Made by a program: the position numbers and the translations under genes | Notes under the pieces: generated by a model | What the model saw: the letters and a program-made list of their open reading frames with translations, nothing else | The model's database searches: none | What the model was told of the DNA's origin: nothing | Source: Octopus sinensis | Taxonomy: Eukaryota | Direction of reading: 5' to 3' | Assembly (NCBI RefSeq): GCF_006345805.1 | Contig: NC_043001.1 | Coordinates: forward strand, 12,710,001 to 12,774,000 | Length of the DNA: 64,000 bases | In this document: positions 50,408-64,000 of the stretch, in pieces | Position numbering within the stretch: the first letter of the stretch is position 1 | Layout: each line of letters opens with the position of its first letter

Positions 50408-52034
50408 ATATTATAATATATAATATATATATATATATATACATGCATATATTCAAATATATCGGCTTCAGATAAACACCTCAGATTCCTAACTCACTTT
50501 CCTCTGCAAATTGAATAATCATATACCAAACAGAGTATATTGGCAAAGGTAACTCGATGTATATTCAAATTTCATTCGCATCTAAATATAAGCTCGGGTG
50601 GGGAAATCTGAATGCAATTTCGATCAAGCAAAATAGAAAATAAAAGAAAAGAAATATGAAATAGATAAAGACAATTATAGCGATTGGATAATGCTGTTCA
50701 TGAAATGAAATATTAGGAATATCTGCCCTTCCATGTGACCTGAGATATTCTAAAAATATCTGCACTTTATCATTAGTCAGTCGCGAAAATAATGCTTACA
50801 AAATGATTCCAGACACTTTTCATTCTCGCTCTTATTCACGTTTAGTTGAGGTCAACATCAGACGTCAAACGACTAATTACTATCATCTGTTTTTCTAGTG
50901 ATATCAGTGTATTGTACACGTGACCTAACTTTCAAATCGATCGCTTTTCTTTTTCTTCTTCTTTCATATTTCTTCAAATGTTTTAAAATACAATGAGCTT
51001 CGTATAATTAACGCGGTCGTCGTAAATGCATAGCAAACATTTCTCGTTTGATTAAAATTTCGCCATGTTTGATAAATGAACGTAATCGTATGGCAGCAAC
51101 TGTTCGCTACTTTACGGGAAATGTGGAAATAATCAAGAGAAATTAGTAATTAATTTTTCAAGTAAGTTTAATTCCTAAGCGAAATGTCGTTCAAGTGAAT
51201 CGACTTGACAAATTTAATCTTATTTCTTGAAATTATCTCCACTAACCTTTCAGAGTCACTGAAATGTGCTTCTAGATTTGTTCTTTCGTCAGCTATTATG
51301 AGATGAATTACAACTACAGTATTTGGCACTGTTCTCCCTAAATGCCTTCCTCACACATATGCGAAGTTGGGAGTCCATAAAATTCGATGCCTTACAGTCT
51401 TCCTCTTCTGAATATGCGCTGATGAATTGAAATGCGGTTAATATGTCGGCGTAACTTTTATGTTATCAAATACGACAAAAAAATGTTGTTCCTACATCCA
51501 TTTATTGGATCTTTAACACATTTACGCAGATTACGCTTAGGACGATCTGGTTGTTAGAGAGTGAAAAGTATGTGGTCATTTTTCAAGACCTTGGAAAATA
51601 CCAGGAGGCTGGTTTCTCGGCGTGGAGGAGTACAATTAAATGATCCTCCAAAAATTGTATGCCTCTGCGTTAGATTGTCGTCTCCCGGAGTCTATTTAGC
51701 AATGCTCTTCTAATATACATCGCATCCACATTTTTGTAATTTGTACGGACTTTCTACAAACATCATGAATTCATTCTTACTATAATTTATATTAGCATTT
51801 TAACTTCCGTTTTTCTAAGATTCGGTTTCTCCTAAAACCTGCACGGTCACACTCATATGAAATACACTCATATAAAATACACGGAGAAAAATACATATAG
51901 ACTCACACTCACACGTATTCACAAATTCAAACTCACACATAGGTGTACAAAAAGAATCCTCGCAGTTAACGTCATGCACGTACATTAGAAACGCACAAAA
52001 TGCCTCTCTGTGTGCATATATATGTATATATATA

Positions 52035-52381
52035 CAGTTGCGGCCAAAATGTTCAGAACGGTATTGTCTTCGTCAGAAAGGTAAGTATAAGTTTTTATCA
52101 AAGTAGTTTTATATTCTATAATTTTCACAGAAAATAAATACAATATGAATTGTTATTGTCTGAAATTTTGGTGTAATTTGAGAGGATAATACAAACGTTA
52201 TCACTAAATCATCCATAACTTTTGTATTATCCTCTCAAATTACACCACAATCTCAGGCGATAACACATAATATGGTATTTATTGTCTGTGAAAATTATAG
52301 AATATAAAACAACTTTGATAAAAAATTATTTCTACTTTTCTGACGAAAACAATGCCGTTCTGAACATTTTGGCCGCCACTG
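52035..52381. mobile_element. Tc1/mariner-type MITE, nearly fully fold-back
   Basis: TA|CAGTTGCGGCCAAAATGTTCAGAAC..GTTCTGAACATTTTGGCCGCCACTG|TA; ~160-bp arms. Confidence 0.92.
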
Positions 52382-52665
52382 TATATAATCCCAAAAAGTT
52401 AGGGGTTGTGAATTCAACACACTAAGGGATAATATCTATCCAATATACTGCTGGTTGAATACCCAATTAATAATACACAAGTGTTTTTTATTGCATTGCA
52501 ATTACATTACCTAGTGTAATAAATGGGTGAAGTTAAAGTGATATTTTACCATTAATTTATATGGCAAGTAAGAAAATGGAGGAGAATAAACGGTTGTTCA
52601 TCAACTTTTAGACAATGACTAAGGTTGAGGAACAATCATTTGTTCTCCTCCATTTTCTTATTTGC

Positions 52666-52730
<65 letters not shown>

Positions 52731-53482
52731 GTCAATGTGTTCTTCAAGAGATATACTATTCCTTATTAGGCAACGCTTCCATCGTAAGCATATGTTACAG
52801 CAAGCTTTTGAGCTAACACATTGTTAAGGTAACTTGCACCTTCATATATTTCTTTATAATTACACCGAACCTGTTAAGGTATATTAAAAGTGAAAAGCAT
52901 ACAATCACAAATTTACCTCAGCAACAAAATTGCAGTCTGAAATATGAACGTTGTTGCTCACTTTGACAATACATTTATCGATCGTATTGATCACTAGAAC
53001 AACTCTTACAGAAACAGCTACTATCGCGAGAAATTAGCGGCAACTTTCTTTTCATGATATCTGAAATTTAATTCAGAATATGAACAATTTCATGAGCCTA
53101 CATCCACCGTCACGTTTTAAATGATAACTTAGGAAATTAGGAAATATTTCCCCCATTATAACATGAAATGAATTTCTTAAGGCACCGCGATCCTACTTCC
53201 ACTGGAATAACTGACGTTTGCAACATGTCGAGACACTGGAAGAATATACAAGTGAAACAAGCGGAAGAACAAAATAACACACACACATACACACACACAC
53301 ATACACACACACATATGTATATATATGTATTAGTGCTGTAGACACCGCTGGACTGAATGGTACTGCCCAGGTATCAAAACCATAATGATATCCGTGGGCA
53401 GCTGATGATGGAGATATGTTGGATTGTCGGCATGGCTGTTTTTGTGTATGTGGAATAGTATTATAACACATCCTTTTGAGAT

Positions 53483-53582
<100 letters not shown>

Positions 53583-55146
53583 AATATACATATATACATA
53601 CATACATACATACATACATACATACATACATACATACATACATGCGTGTGCGCTTATGTGTGTAAGTGTATGTACGTGTGCATGCATATATGCATGGTGT
53701 ATATATGTGTGTGTATACATTTATGTTTGTGTGGCAGATCCTTTCAACAGTTCTTTTTATTCATTATTTATGCATTTCGGTCACTGTCGTCAATGTTTTC
53801 GTCCTGCCATAATCCGGAAGATTATTAGATTATTTTTGATTCCTTTTTTTTTCAGTCATTTGATTTTTTTACCTTGTGCTCAAACAATTTCTAATGCTGC
53901 CCTTCTTTTCTTATCTAACATTTTATACATCGATGAATCGACTCTTTTGTGCAACCCTAAGCCAAAAGGATTCACGCCATTCAACACTAAAATTGGATTT
54001 CTAGAGATCCATTCATTCTATATCTCGTATACTTGTTATCAAAGATTAACAATAGGCCACAATAGATTACATGGTCCTGGCCAAAGATTTACTTTGTTCT
54101 GATTTTCTTCTCCCCTCATATCTAATTTTTATTATTATCATATCTTTCACCTTAGACGAACATCTATTTACATTTCCTTTAAATAATCTACACACACGCT
54201 ATTACGAATCGAAGAATACAGTTGCTTCGTTTCAGAAAACCATGTTGTGTATTTTCCCATCAGTCAGATATTTTGAGATATAGGAAAATGGGGTTTTCAC
54301 GACATTGAACCCACAAAATTAAGTGTGGCTTTAGATTCTATTTACGTTATGTAATTACTGTGGTATTATGTTCGTAACTGTGATACGTTTGCTTAACAAC
54401 ATCAGATGAATTTGAATGTATGTAGTAAACAAGAATATTCAATATCAAAAGATTACGTTAATCAATAAGACTTATTGATACATGTTTGTGAAAACACGTT
54501 TACTGAATTGTTATCCTTCTTTACCAATCAAGATTAGGTTTCTCCGTTTTCATTGAATACGCATTGTGTGCGATGAAATTGATCTTTTATCCAATGTAAT
54601 TGGCGATGATCAAAAGCTGTAGCCGTATATTTTCTAGCTTAACCTACATCTGCAAAATTGCAAATATTTTTTATTTCACTGTTTTGTAAATACTATCAAC
54701 TTGAGCTAGACCATTCCGTAGTGTATTGGAACTGGTGTTGCAGAAATAATAAGCGTATCTGATCAGTTCAGGAACTGCAGGAATCGGTACAATAATGATT
54801 AAATGCATCGTATTCTGCTGGGGATCATTTTATATCTCAGACAGGCATATAAGAATCACAACAGTTTCGGCCATCCCCCTTTATGTCTTGTTAGAGTCAA
54901 CAAGGAAGTATTTAATCTTGCAATCCAGAAAATGCCCATCTGCAGACTTTTACAAAAAGAATTCACCTTAAACAGGTATTGCTTGTTACAGATACCTGCC
55001 AAGTGTCATTCGTCAATTCTTTGGATCACAACTCAATCTTCCGCATAAATATCGCATGAAACATTTTGGAAAACGGCAGCAACCGAATTCTGTAATGAAT
55101 AAGTGTGCAAATCCACCTTCGAAAAAAAAAAACAATGATAACCATA

Positions 55147-55314
55147 GGCGCAGGAGTGGCTGTGTGGTAAGTAGCTTGCTAACCAACCACATGGTTCCGC
55201 CGGGTTCAGTCCCACTGCGTGGCATCTTGGACAAGTGACTTCTGCTATAGCCCCGGGCCGACCAATGCCTTGTGAGTGGATTTCGTAGACGGAAACTGAA
55301 AGAAGCCTGTCGTA

Positions 55315-55386
<72 letters not shown>

Positions 55387-55473
55387 TGTGTTTGTGTGTC
55401 TGTGTTTGTCCCCCTAGAATTGCTTGACAACCGATGCTGGTGTGTTTACGTCCCCGTCACTTAGCGGTTCGGC
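55147..55473 (+). mobile_element. OR2-like SINE with internal microsatellite, 3'-truncated
   Basis: Head, CORE-like part, (TA)n(TG)n, tail to ttagcggttcggc. Confidence 0.9.
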
Positions 55474-56278
55474 TGCAGAGCATCCATTTTTGTACTCATA
55501 AAACATTATGAGCCTCAAATGCTCTTTCGATACTTCCATGATAGAAAAGGTTTTAATCGAAGACATTTTAATTCTATTATTCTGCAAAATAATATTTAAT
55601 CAGTTTAAATACACACAAACGCATAAGAATAATGTGTAATTCCATTAGACATTCTAAAATTTAAAAAAAGTTAAAAACGGACAGATCGTTATGGGATGAC
55701 CTCATATATACAAACGATTCTATTTTAATCCCGAGCAATGCCGGTTATCTCTGCTAGTAAATCTATAAGAAAGAATCGCGTTTAAAATTTACGACAGTTG
55801 AATTTAATTTTTGCTGTCATAAAAGAGTGGAACATTATATAAAATCCACCATAATTAGGTAAACTTTTATATGATCGACTGAACACAGACAAAATTATTA
55901 TCATTACGTCATCTTTTATGACTGTATTAACTAAAGTTCTACCGAAGCAATGTCGTAAGTTTTAAACGTTATTCAAGTCTCCTATGATATATGTGTGTGC
56001 GTAAAAAAAACTTACATATACGTATATATGTTTCCATATATGTATGTATAAATACATACGCACACAAAGACATCTTTGTTTTTCTTTTTACTAGTTTCAG
56101 TCATTTGACTGTGGCCATGCTGGAGCACCACTTTAGTCGAACAAATTGACCCCAGGACTTATTCTTTGTAAGCCTCATTATGCTAAGTTACGGGTATGTA
56201 AACACACCAGCATCGGTTGTCAAGCGATGTTAGGATGACGGACACAGACATATACACATATATCACATATATGTATGT

Positions 56279-56372
<94 letters not shown>

Positions 56373-57261
56373 TGTGTTTGTGTGTCTGTGTTTGTCCCCC
56401 TAGAATTGCTTGACAACCGATGCTGGTGTGTTTACGTCCCCGTCACTTAGCGGTTCGGCTGCAGAGCATCCATTTTTGTACTCATAAAACATTATGAGCC
56501 TCAAATGCTCTTCGATACTTCATGATAGAAAAGGTTTTATCGAAGACATTTTAATTCTATTATTCTGCAAAATAATATTTAATCAGTTTAATACACACAA
56601 ACGCATAAGAATAATGTGTAATTCCATTAGACATTCTAAAATTTAAAAAAAGTTAAAAACGGACAGATCGTTATGGGATGACCTCATATATACAAACGAT
56701 TCTATTTTAATCCCGAGCAATGCCGGTTATCTCTGCTAGTAAATCTATAAGAAAGAATCGCGTTTAAAATTTACGACAGTTGAATTTAATTTTTGCTGTC
56801 ATAAAAGAGTGGAACATTATATAAAATCCACCATAATTAGGTAAACTTTTATATGATCGACCTGAACACAGACAAAATTATTATCATTACGTCATCTTTT
56901 ATGACTGTATTAACTAAAGTTCTACCGAAGCAATGTCGTAAGTTTTAAACGTTATTCAAGTCTCCTATGATATATGTGTGTGCGTATAAAAAAACTTACA
57001 TATACGTATATATGTTTCCATATATGTATGTATAAATACATACGCACACAAAGACATCTTTGTTTTTCTTTTTACTAGTTTCAGTCATTTGACTGTGGCC
57101 ATGCTGGAGCACCACCTTTAGTCGAACAAATTGACCCCAGGACTTATTCTTTGTAAGCCTCATTATGCTAAGTTACGGGTATGTAAACACACCAGCATCG
57201 GTTGTCAAGCGATGTTAGGATGACGGACACAGACATATACACATATATCACATATGTATGT

Positions 57262-57292
<31 letters not shown>

Positions 57293-57300
57293 ATATATAT
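55356..57300. repeat. Near-identical tandem duplication, ~986-bp period
   Basis: gcagagcatcc at 55475 and 56461; copies differ mainly by 1-bp homopolymer indels. Confidence 0.93.
55474..55758 (+). mobile_element. Helitron 3' fragment (duplicated at about 56460-56739)
   Basis: cccgagcaatgccgg hairpin and CTAG|T end as in 15421-15449. Confidence 0.65.
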
Positions 57301-57472
57301 ATACATATACAATGGGCTTCTTTCAGTTTCCATCTACTTAATCCACTCACAAGGCTTTGGTCGGCCCGAGGTTATAGTAGAAAACACTTGCCCAAGGTGC
57401 CACGCAGTGGGACTGAACCCGGAACCATGTGGTTGGTAAGCAATCTACTTACCACTAAGCCACTCCTGCGCC
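57075..57472 (-). mobile_element. OR2-like SINE (tail also copied at about 56085-56260)
   Basis: Tail 57075-57240, microsatellite, head 57312-57472. Confidence 0.88.
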
Positions 57473-57620
57473 TACATATATATAAATATGTATGTATATA
57501 TACATACATACATTTCGAGGCGTGTGTGTGTGTGCATGTTGTTTATACACTGGCATTGCCATATACGTAAGTGTTAATATTACACTCCTTCACAGCTTTA
57601 TTTGTTTTTCCAGTTTGTCT

Positions 57621-58032
57621 CTTTTACTCTTTTACTTGTTTCAGTCATTTGACTGCGGCCATGCTGGAGCACCGCCTTTAGTCGATCAAATCGACCCCGG
57701 GACTTATTCTTTGTAAGCCCAGAACTTATTCTATCGGTCACTTTTGCCTAACCACTAAGTGAAGGGGACGTAAACACACCGGCATCGGTTGTCAAGCAAT
57801 GCTAGGGGGACAAACACAGACACACAACCCCCCCCCACCCACACACACACACATATATATACATATATACGACAGGCTTCTTTCAGTTTCCGTCTACCAA
57901 ATCCACTCACAAGGTACTGGTCGGCCCGAGGCTATAGCAGAAGACACTTGCCCAAGATGCCATGCAGTGGGACTGAACCCGGAACGATGTGGTTGGTTAG
58001 CAAGCTACTTACCACACAGACACTCCTGCGCC
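57621..58032 (-). mobile_element. Full-length OR2-like SINE
   Basis: Head, CORE-like part, internal (TA/TG) tract, 3' domain and (GAGTAAAA)-type tail repeat. Confidence 0.92.
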
Positions 58033-58859
58033 TATATTAATATAGGTTTTTTTTTTCTTAATATTTTTTATGCGTATCGCTGTATGCGTGTACGTATGCG
58101 TGTCTACTAACATTACGCTTTTTATCAGTCACACTAAAAAACATTATAGGATACCATATAAGAAGATATAAATAATGAAAGGAAAAATGTTTTAAATTGC
58201 CGTTAATTGTACAACTATTTTTAGTTAAAATCTTCCTTTAAAATCAGTCTAAATCTGTCACAGCGTATTTGCGTAAGAACACTAGTTTGCTTTTGTCAGT
58301 ATTGACAGTAAATGCTGCTTACCACATGTATTTCATCATTAATTTCGCATGGTACGTCTGGCAGTGAATCCATACAAGTGCAGATGAGTGTACATTGATT
58401 TATCCATTTTTTGCATCTTATCTCTGTTTTTTTTTTTATTATCTTTTTTACTATTCCTATACTTCATTAGTTTTTTTTTTCCCCCATTCCTGCTATTCAT
58501 ACATTTTTCTTTTTATATTTTTCCTGCTGAACTTAAGCCGGTTCGCTTCTTTATATACCGAATTTTTTCTACGTTGTATTTCTTGTATTATCTGCTCTTT
58601 TTTAAGAGTGGTTCTCTTGTTTTCTCTGTATTTACTTCTATTTGATTTTATAAATAACGTCATGTGTACATACTCTCCCTCTCTCTCTCTCCGTTATCTG
58701 GTTCTTTCTCTCCTAGATCTAACTTAATTCAATATCTGTATTTTTCTTCTTATTTATCCTCTAACGACGTATTCCTTCTCTAAACTCTGCTACACTATCA
58801 ACACATCAGGCCTTCCAATTATGTTATCTTGCTCTTTTTCTCGATATTTCCTTTTTCAC

Positions 58860-58971
58860 ACCCTCGACACACACACACACACACATATATATATATGTAT
58901 ACATATATATATATATAAATACACACACACACATATATATATATGTATATATATATATATGTATACATATA

Positions 58972-59012
<41 letters not shown>

Positions 59013-59054
59013 TATATATATGTATATATATGCATATACATATATATATATATG

Positions 59055-59102
<48 letters not shown>

Positions 59103-59350
59103 TATATACATATATATATATATTACATATATATATACATATATATCACATATATATATATCATATATATATATATATATGTATGTATAGCTGTAGATAT
59201 AGATATACGCATGCATAAATGCAAGCATGAGCACATGCATACGTGCAAACATACAAACATACATATACGCGTATGTACATACGTACATGCATGCATACAT
59301 ACATACATACATACATACATACATACATACATACATAGAAATATGTATAC
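58860..59350. repeat. Long compound (TA)n/(CA)n/(TACA)n microsatellite
   Basis: Direct reading. Confidence 0.95.
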
Positions 59351-59768
59351 ACACATATATATACACATATACTGGTTTTATCCTAATGTTTAACTTACTT
59401 ATGCTTCGTTATGTTATTTTCTTTGTTCTCGGATATCCAAACAAAATATATTTTATTCTCTTCTCTTTTAAACATACTTATCTAATATTCTCTGTTTGTT
59501 TCTTTTTTTTTGTACTTTTTTTTGTATTTACTTATGAAATCCTAGGTTCTTTTTCGACCTCATTACTTCATTCTAACCTTGGAACTTTTTCACCATTTCG
59601 TTGTAGCGTTTTGTTTTATATTTTATTTAGTTTATTCTCAGCCTTCTCTTATCTTTTACAAATTCATTTTCTTTATATCTTTTATACTACTCGATCTCGT
59701 CTCTCTGATTCTGTCCTCTCCGAATTTTTTCCTTTTTCCATACTCGCAAATACCTTCTATCTCACGGA

Positions 59769-59769
<1 letters not shown>

Positions 59770-59801
<32 letters not shown>

Positions 59802-59881
59802 TATATACATATATATATATATATAATATATATATATATATATTATATATATTTTTACTTATATATATGTATATATATATA

Positions 59882-59926
<45 letters not shown>

Positions 59927-59960
59927 TATATATACATATATATATACATGTGTATGTATA
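59770..59960. repeat. (TA)n microsatellite
   Basis: Direct reading. Confidence 0.95.
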
Positions 59961-60632
59961 AATGTGTGTATGTGTATGTGGGGACGGTAGTACACACACA
60001 CACACACAAATACACAAAAACAAACACACGCAGATATTAACAGTGCCCATATGCATATATGCGAATATTCGTCACCACGTTACATCACTCGGCACTGAAA
60101 TAAAACCGTGCTTTTTGCTGAAGCTCAACAGACACATTCCATATTCGTAGCTAATTATCTTCTATAGATAAATGTATCTTTTATTCAGAGTACATCCATG
60201 TATTTATTTCATTTTTTTATCTGTTTCAATCCGAAATTCATCGAAACTATGGCTTACCCCAATGGAAAATAATTGAAGAAGAACGTCCGCCATAATAACC
60301 ATTCGATTTTTTTTTTAGCAAACTCCCTCGTCTGTAAACATACCTACGCAACTCATGGAACTGAATGCTATGTCATATCTAATTCATATTTCCGACACAC
60401 CACGTAAAATTGAATAAGGTGAGTCCAATACCAAGAATGGTTATGTTAGATTCTACAGTACATACATATATACATACATACATACATACATACATACATA
60501 CATGCATACATACATATATACATACACACACACACATACATACATATATACATACATGCATACATACATACATACATACATACATACATACATGCATACA
60601 TACATACATACATACATACATACATACATACA

Positions 60633-60845
60633 TAGTTAGTTAATTCAAACATGAAAACTCAAAGAGAAAGCACAACAACGCGAGGACGTGGAAAAAGTAT
60701 AGTGCTATTAGGCGCACAGGAAGGAAAGAAAGAAGGAGGATTTAGCGTACCAAGCGGAGATCTTCGTCAGAAACATAGACAAAGGAAAGATCCAAGGAAG
60801 GGAAGACGGATGAAGAAAAAATTGCCAACGATACACAAGCGGTCA
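60633..60845 (-). mobile_element. Hammerhead-bearing mini-element in (TACA)n; ribozyme 60740-60774 degenerate
   Basis: CTGACGA kept, GAAACGTT mutated to GGTACGCT. Confidence 0.78.
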
Positions 60846-60879
60846 CATACATACATGCATACATACATACATACATACA

Positions 60880-60910
<31 letters not shown>

Positions 60911-60920
60911 CATACATACA

Positions 60921-61488
60921 TGGTGGCTGTCCCCTCGTTATCGAGTATGGCCATTGCACGGAGCTTAATCAATGTTGTTACCGTGCAATGCCTGTGCAAG
61001 AAGATTTTTTTTAAGTGAGGAAAGGTTGTGCACTGAGTCAATCCCACTCACTAAGCAACAGCAGCCATAATCCGAAAAGAAGAACAAGTCAACAGCATTG
61101 GTAACCATTGAACCGCAGGTTTTATATCGGAGTTATCCCAGTTACCTGAAATACCTTCTAGAAGGATGCCCTAACAAAGGCTAGGAGTCCTTCACTCCCA
61201 ATGTTTTAACCGCGTGATCGGGTATTCAGTCCGATTATTTCTATGTCCCCGCGCATGATACAGCCTTAAGCCTTAAGAAAAAAAACTACACATTTATTGG
61301 ATGGCCGTTGACTCTCAAGAGTTCCTCCGCCCCTTGACAGGTTTTGTTTTTCATCCCGCAGAGTGTCCAATAAACAACCTCATCACCAAGCAAGCTTGGT
61401 GGGGTTGCCGGTTTAGTCACTGACGACCCGACCATGCAACAGGTTGTACTGAGTTACATGTTACCAGTAGCCCTCAAAAGTGACCTGA
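60921..61488. mobile_element. GC-rich interspersed element inserted in (TACA)n, possibly LINE-UTR derived
   Basis: Sharp boundaries in (TACA)n and no ORF; family assignment is recall only. Confidence 0.4.
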
Positions 61489-61514
61489 CATACACACATA
61501 CATACATATATACA

Positions 61515-61720
61515 TAGTTAGTTGAAACATGAAAACTCAAAGAGAAAACACAACAACGCGAGGACGTGAAACAAGTATAGTGTTATTGGGCGCACAGGAA
61601 GGAAAGGAAGACGGACGATTTAACGTTTCGAATGGGGCTCTTCATCAGAAACATAGACAAAGGAAAGATCCAAGGAAGGGAAGACGGATGAAACAATCGC
61701 CAACGATACACACGCGGTCA
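61515..61720 (-). mobile_element. Hammerhead-bearing mini-element in (TACA)n
   Basis: Homologous to 47731 and 60633 copies. Confidence 0.8.
61618..61652 (-). ncRNA. Minimal hammerhead ribozyme, core intact
   Basis: GTTT-CTGATGA-A GAG CCCCA TTC-GAAA-CGTT-AAAT. Confidence 0.78.
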
Positions 61721-61794
61721 CATACATACATGCATACATACATAAATACATACCTACATACATACATACATACATACACACAAACATACATACA

Positions 61795-61825
<31 letters not shown>

Positions 61826-61849
61826 CTGTTTTGAAACCTCCAGCTTCTA

Positions 61850-62720
61850 TATCCAGGTTATGAATTCCTATTCATATCAATAATAATTGGAGCATAAGAT
61901 TTTTAGTCAGTAAATGTTTAAAGAATCTGGATAAGCTAAGATATTCAAGAAGAGAATTCGACCGGCTGATTAGAACATTACATGCGCAATCTGTGAGTGG
62001 AACAGTAAAAATATGCAAGATTTTGTATGCGTCAACTACATCCTTGCAGATTTGTTGGAAACTGGCTCCATGGTCAATGGAAGATTTATAATAATAAAAA
62101 AAATTGAAAAGACATACATACATATATGTTTCAACCAAGATCGCTGAAAAAGATTTTGGCGGTTTTTGACAATGCAACAACAGTTCAATAATTCACCTAT
62201 TGAATCTAGCGAACATACGCATCTAAATACAAAAAAAGAGATGTAAAACGCAGTGAAATGCACCAATTACGGACAAATTGTAATAGTAGAAATGCTTATG
62301 AAATATCTAACAATGTAACAATGTCGGAAAATGAAGTCCGAACTCTCATATATACCAATGAATAAGATAAATGTTGATGCAGAGAAAAATAAAAATGCCC
62401 ATTAATGAACCTCTGGAAGAGTACAGATGTTGCATATAAATATACTGTGCATACACGGGGAGGGCTGCATTTTTACATTGGGCAAAAGGCTGATTCATTT
62501 TAGAGTCGTTATCGTAAACATGTAGCCAGCTTTAAGACAATCAATAAGAGACATTCAACATCTTCGACCGATTTCGTATGGCGACAGAAGGAAGATAAAA
62601 ATAAGTACAACATAACCTGGTCCATATTAAGGCTCGCAAAGCCATACAATATCATTTCCGGGAGATACCTATTTATTCTGTAGACCAATGAGGAGATTAT
62701 TAATAAAATTTCTAATACTT
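61850..62720 (+). mobile_element. Degenerate Naiad-like Penelope element (GIY-YIG clear, RT faint)
   Basis: KCPL..DVAYKYTV..FYIGQ..F*SRYRKHVASF..FVWRQKE..NITWSILRLAKPYN at about 62385-62680. Confidence 0.75.
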
Positions 62721-63304
62721 ACTTACATATAAATGCGCTTTCACGCAATGTAGTGCGAATTAATTTGAGTAGATGTTAAGATAATTTACAATAAGGTATG
62801 GATGAATTAAGTTTAATTTCGCCATTCTTATAGCTATTAAAATCGCTTTGTGATCGGGAGTGCACCAACCCATATGTGTGCCTATGCTGACTTTTTGGCG
62901 TATGCTTGTATGAACCATGCAACTTGCACCAGGACGTTTGTGCATCCATATCTGTTAACGGTTATTTTCAATACTTTTTCTCGCTGGGTTGCGCGTTCCT
63001 TTCTTTTTGGCATCTGTGGTTTTATTTTTGATCTTCTATGTAAATATAGTTTCTTCCATTTGCTGCTTTTCTCTCTACGAAATGAGAAGATACCTCGTGG
63101 AACACATAATTGAATTAGTTTTATCTATTTTTCTCCCGATGAGACGCAAATGTAGCGCCGGATGCACGTGGGCAAGACGCTAAAAGTTCCACTGGTGGGG
63201 GACCGATGTTTGATGCATCGAAACCATTACCGTGTTAATAATACAAATTGTCGTATATTTCATCTTCCGCCTTTCATTTACCTTATACATGCACACACAC
63301 GCAC

Positions 63305-63354
<50 letters not shown>

Positions 63355-63398
63355 GTATATATATATATGTATAAATGTATATATATATATATATATAA

Positions 63399-63430
<32 letters not shown>

Positions 63431-63545
63431 AATATATATATAAATATATATAAATATATATATATATAAATATATATAAATATATATATATATAAATATA
63501 TATAAATATATATAAATATATTATATATATATGTATATATATAGG
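63305..63545. repeat. (TA)n / (TATATAAA)n microsatellite
   Basis: Direct reading. Confidence 0.95.
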
Positions 63546-64000
63546 GAGAGAGATGAGAGACAGAGAGAAGTAGATACAAGTATACATACACACATACATA
63601 TCCACTGCATATGTAGAAATATGTGGGTGTGCTTGTTTGTTTGTTTGTGGCGTTGTTATCTATCTCCTCTTACATCGCTTTATCGATTTTGATGAAACTT
63701 GACATGTTAGAAGAATTTATATCTGGAAAATTGATGACATACTGTGATTCTTGAAAAATTCGATAATAGGATCCCTAGAATGGACTCTTTATCTACTACA
63801 TATTAAGTAATATATTGTTTTTAAACATCAAGCGAAAATAACACATTCGCTCCTGAAACGGATTCTTATATATATTCAAGAGAAATAACCCATTCATGTT
63901 TGAAAATTAGTTCGTTTAAATCAAATTGAGTATGCTCCATCCTTAGTATATGAACTATTTCAGTTATTATCGCAATTCATCAATTACAACGCATAAACAA

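Noticed and set aside
53395-53440. CTGATGA core between microsatellites
   Set aside because: No GAAA or stem II partner
54800-55130. Possible LTR-type RT remnant on the minus strand (ICNKQYLFKV)
   Set aside because: Similarity too weak to support without a profile search

Overview
AT-rich, microsatellite-saturated eukaryotic DNA with one 100-N scaffold gap. The repeat families look cephalopod, most likely Octopus; this is inferred from recalled octopus tRNA-derived SINEs, not from a search. No host gene can be named, and only four weak candidate exons are flagged. Almost all ORFs in the track are microsatellite or SINE artefacts. Recognisable content: a young 5'-truncated Naiad-like Penelope element (RT + GIY-YIG, 8040-9724), three older Penelope relics, CR1/L2-, Tx1- and Dong/R4-type LINE ends, Tc1, mariner, DD37D (maT) and hAT relics, two complete and two partial Helitrons, three MITEs and about 25 SINE copies, some as fixed-register concatemers. 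The most striking signal is 14 minimal type-I hammerhead-ribozyme motifs of several unrelated sequence families, 6 of them with an unaltered CUGANGA/GAAA core. Most sit in short non-coding units next to (TA)n or (TACA)n tracts; one shows a partial tandem repeat with an inverted end, and several fold-back palindromes also abut (TA)n tracts. Together this suggests a dense population of Penelope-mobilised, ribozyme-bearing, retrozyme-like mini-elements.
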